DNA of 56,748 nt, taken from positions 1-56,748 of the IMG/VR virus record IMGVR_UViG_3300030329_001316. The stretch is one strand, 5' to 3'. Origin of the DNA: a virus (lineage: Duplodnaviria > Caudoviricetes). Positions 54,649 through 56,748 of this stretch are shown here, one piece after another. A program made the translations under genes and the position numbers. Below the pieces are notes generated by a model. The model made no database searches. It was not told the DNA's origin and worked only from the letters and a program-made list of their open reading frames with translations. The stretch's first letter is position 1. Each line of letters begins with the position of its first letter.

Positions 54649-54667
54649 ACATTAAGGAGATGGTCCT

Positions 54668-56206
54668 ATGTCAGACTTATTTAGTCTAGAGACATATAGC
54701 GATACGGTTAGTACGAATGGCGTATCATCTGGTCCTCGTCATGGTACGGGATTAGATACTGGCGATCTTAGAAGAAAGTTTAACTTTGGTGATAGGGTTT
54801 CTGAACTAGCAATAGCTCAAGATCCTTTTTTTAGATTCCTTTCAAAAGCATCTAAAAAAGCTACTGATGATCCTTCTTTTAAATTCACAGAGAAACGACC
54901 TTCGTGGCATAAACGTTATGCTTATGTTTCAAATCATGGTACATCAGCCCCAGCTTCATATGCTGGTGCAGACGCAAATGTTGCATCAGGCGCAGTTGAC
55001 GCTGGTGATACCTATTATTTCACAATGATTACTGATTACAATTCTGCTGGTAATTTGCAGAATGTGTATGGTCAATCAACAAACGAAATCTCACCTGGAG
55101 ATGCTGGCACTCAGCCTGCATTCTTTTTACCAGGTCAGATTGTTAAAATACCTCACTCAACAGCGGTAGAAGGAACCTCTTGGGATGATACTAATGCTGC
55201 ATCAGGTACAGCACCTACAGATTATATTATTGCAAAAATAGTTTCAGTAGACACTTCAACATTAGATCGTGCTGCAAACTTAAAATGTACTATTATAAAA
55301 GGTTTAAATGCTGCAACTGAGTTAACTTCTTTTAAAACACATGGTGATGCTTTAGACGCATTCGATGTTTCAGGTAAATCTGTTGCAGATTATCTTGAAA
55401 GAAAAAGATGTTATGTAGTTGGTACTGCATTTGGTGAAGGTACTGGTTATCCAGAAACTTGGAAAGATCAGCCATACTCTACAGGCTATGGTCTAACTCA
55501 AATTTGGAAAACTTCAATGGCTATGACAAATACGTCTAGAGCTACTATATTGAAGTATGAGCCAAATGAGTGGGCTAGAGTTTGGAAAGAGAAATTAGTT
55601 GAGCACAAATATGATATTGAGCAATCTTTATTATTTGGTTCGCAATATACTGATAATGATGGTGTTAACTACACTCAAGGTGCAGTTGATTTTATTTCAA
55701 ACTATGGTAACGCATTTAGTTTAGATGTCAATTCTAAAACAGCTGATGATTTCTTAGATGATTTATCTAGCTATGTGGATCCAAGATACAATAGTAGTCA
55801 AGCAACAATTTTCTTTGTTAGCACTGCTGTTTATAATTGGATGCATAAATTAGGTGGATATTTCAAAAATAATCTTGAAATCTCATCTAACTTTAGATCT
55901 GACTTCGCTATGACTGGCAAGAAAAAAGTTATGGGTGTAGATATTACTACATTCTCAACACCTTATGGTGATATGAATGTGGCTAGAAACATCCACTTAG
56001 ATAGCACACAAATTAAAATGCTTGGTGTTAACATGAAGCATTGTGCTTATCGACCACTTGTTGGTAATGGATTAAACAGAGATACTTCAGTCTACGTAGG
56101 AGTTCAAACATTAGAGAACTCAGGTGTCGATCGTAGAGTAGATATGATTCTAACTGAAGCAGGTATGCAATGGGAAATGCCCGAATCGCATGCCCTATGG
56201 ACGTAA
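54668..56206 (+). CDS. Major capsid protein (HK97 fold, with insertion domain)
   Basis: Follows scaffold; 'FKFTEKR', 'GTAFGEG', 'TQIWKT', 'HKYDIEQSLLFG', 'TPYGDMNV', 'ILTEAGMQ'. Confidence 0.88.
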   Translation: MSDLFSLETYSDTVSTNGVSSGPRHGTGLDTGDLRRKFNFGDRVSELAIAQDPFFRFLSKASKKATDDPSFKFTEKRPSWHKRYAYVSNHGTSAPASYAGADANVASGAVDAGDTYYFTMITDYNSAGNLQNVYGQSTNEISPGDAGTQPAFFLPGQIVKIPHSTAVEGTSWDDTNAASGTAPTDYIIAKIVSVDTSTLDRAANLKCTIIKGLNAATELTSFKTHGDALDAFDVSGKSVADYLERKRCYVVGTAFGEGTGYPETWKDQPYSTGYGLTQIWKTSMAMTNTSRATILKYEPNEWARVWKEKLVEHKYDIEQSLLFGSQYTDNDGVNYTQGAVDFISNYGNAFSLDVNSKTADDFLDDLSSYVDPRYNSSQATIFFVSTAVYNWMHKLGGYFKNNLEISSNFRSDFAMTGKKKVMGVDITTFSTPYGDMNVARNIHLDSTQIKMLGVNMKHCAYRPLVGNGLNRDTSVYVGVQTLENSGVDRRVDMILTEAGMQWEMPESHALWT

Positions 56207-56261
56207 GGAGTTAAATTATGGCAAATCCGTTATATGGACAAAATAAAGCTGATGGAAACAT
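56185..56261. repeat. Copy of 1-77
   Basis: Exact match. Confidence 0.95.
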
Positions 56262-56679
56262 TGGTTGGTTACAAAACAAAGAGTCATATTTAAATCTAGG
56301 AACTACTACTGCAGTAGTTCTTGTAGCTCATGAAATGCTCGGTAAATCTGCGATAGCTGGAGATCCAAATGGTTCTGCTAGAACTGTTACTACACCTACA
56401 GCTGCTCAATTAGTTGCTGCAATGAAAGTAAAAGCTAGTGATAGTAAGTGTATTGCTGGTGATAGTTTTCAATTCTGTTTTATTAACACAGGAACTGCTG
56501 GTGAGAATGAAACTTACACAATGACAGCTGGAACTGGAGTAACTGTAGTAGGTTTTGCAGATATTGAAAATCCTGATACTACTCATGATGCTTTTAGTGT
56601 AGGCTCTTCATTATGGGCTGTTCAAGTTACAAATGCTGCTTCAGGTTCTGAAGCTGTTGATGTAATTAGATTAGCGTAA
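56218..56679 (+). CDS. Putative capsid decoration protein, allele B
   Basis: First 20 aa identical to 34..498, the rest divergent but colinear. Confidence 0.6.
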   Translation: MANPLYGQNKADGNIGWLQNKESYLNLGTTTAVVLVAHEMLGKSAIAGDPNGSARTVTTPTAAQLVAAMKVKASDSKCIAGDSFQFCFINTGTAGENETYTMTAGTGVTVVGFADIENPDTTHDAFSVGSSLWAVQVTNAASGSEAVDVIRLA

Positions 56680-56748
56680 GGAGTAACTGATGGCTAATGT
56701 AAAACTAGGTTCACAAGCAGGTTGGAAATTTAACTATGCTGAAAACTT
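56672..56748. repeat. Copy of 491-567
   Basis: Exact match. Confidence 0.95.

Noticed and set aside
56185-56748. Direct terminal repeat, or DGR template/variable repeat pair with 1-567
   Set aside because: Only the two 77-nt flanks are identical. Internal differences include indels and all base types, not adenine-specific changes, and no reverse transcriptase is encoded. An assembly bubble fits better.
1-56748. CRISPR array, integrase/prophage, DNA polymerase, introns/inteins, stop-codon reassignment
   Set aside because: No spaced repeats or relevant motifs seen; long ORFs are intact in the standard code, and TAA, TAG and TGA all end genes.

Overview
The window is an essentially complete, circularly assembled, AT-rich dsDNA phage genome of about 56.2 kb. 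Positions 1-77 equal 56185-56261 and 491-567 equal 56672-56748, and these exact 77-nt repeats flank two divergent alleles of one gene. The + strand (46982 through the junction to 35475) holds the late/virion module: terminase subunits, P22-like portal, scaffold, major capsid, decoration proteins, podovirus-type adaptor/nozzle, LamG tail fibres, GH24 lysozyme, a metallophosphoesterase and an ejection-protein block. That block includes a 2924-aa protein with crAss-type virion RNA polymerase motifs (RYP...GDYDVD). The - strand (46785 to 35472) holds early/replication genes: AEP primase-SF4 helicase, SSB, ERF recombinase, a resolvase-like nuclease and many tiny ORFs; I found no DNA polymerase. The standout is a compact four-gene ubiquitin-like conjugation operon at 43798-40527 (-). 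It encodes a beta-grasp Ubl ending GG-DQ, an E2-like protein, a JAB/JAMM peptidase and a ThiF/E1 enzyme, with no sulfur-relay genes nearby. Also notable are candidate large structured RNAs at 45047-46240, a pre-toxin-TG-like gene between terS and terL, and a small protein resembling the DnaX (tau) C-terminus. All calls come from reading motifs by eye; no database searches were run.
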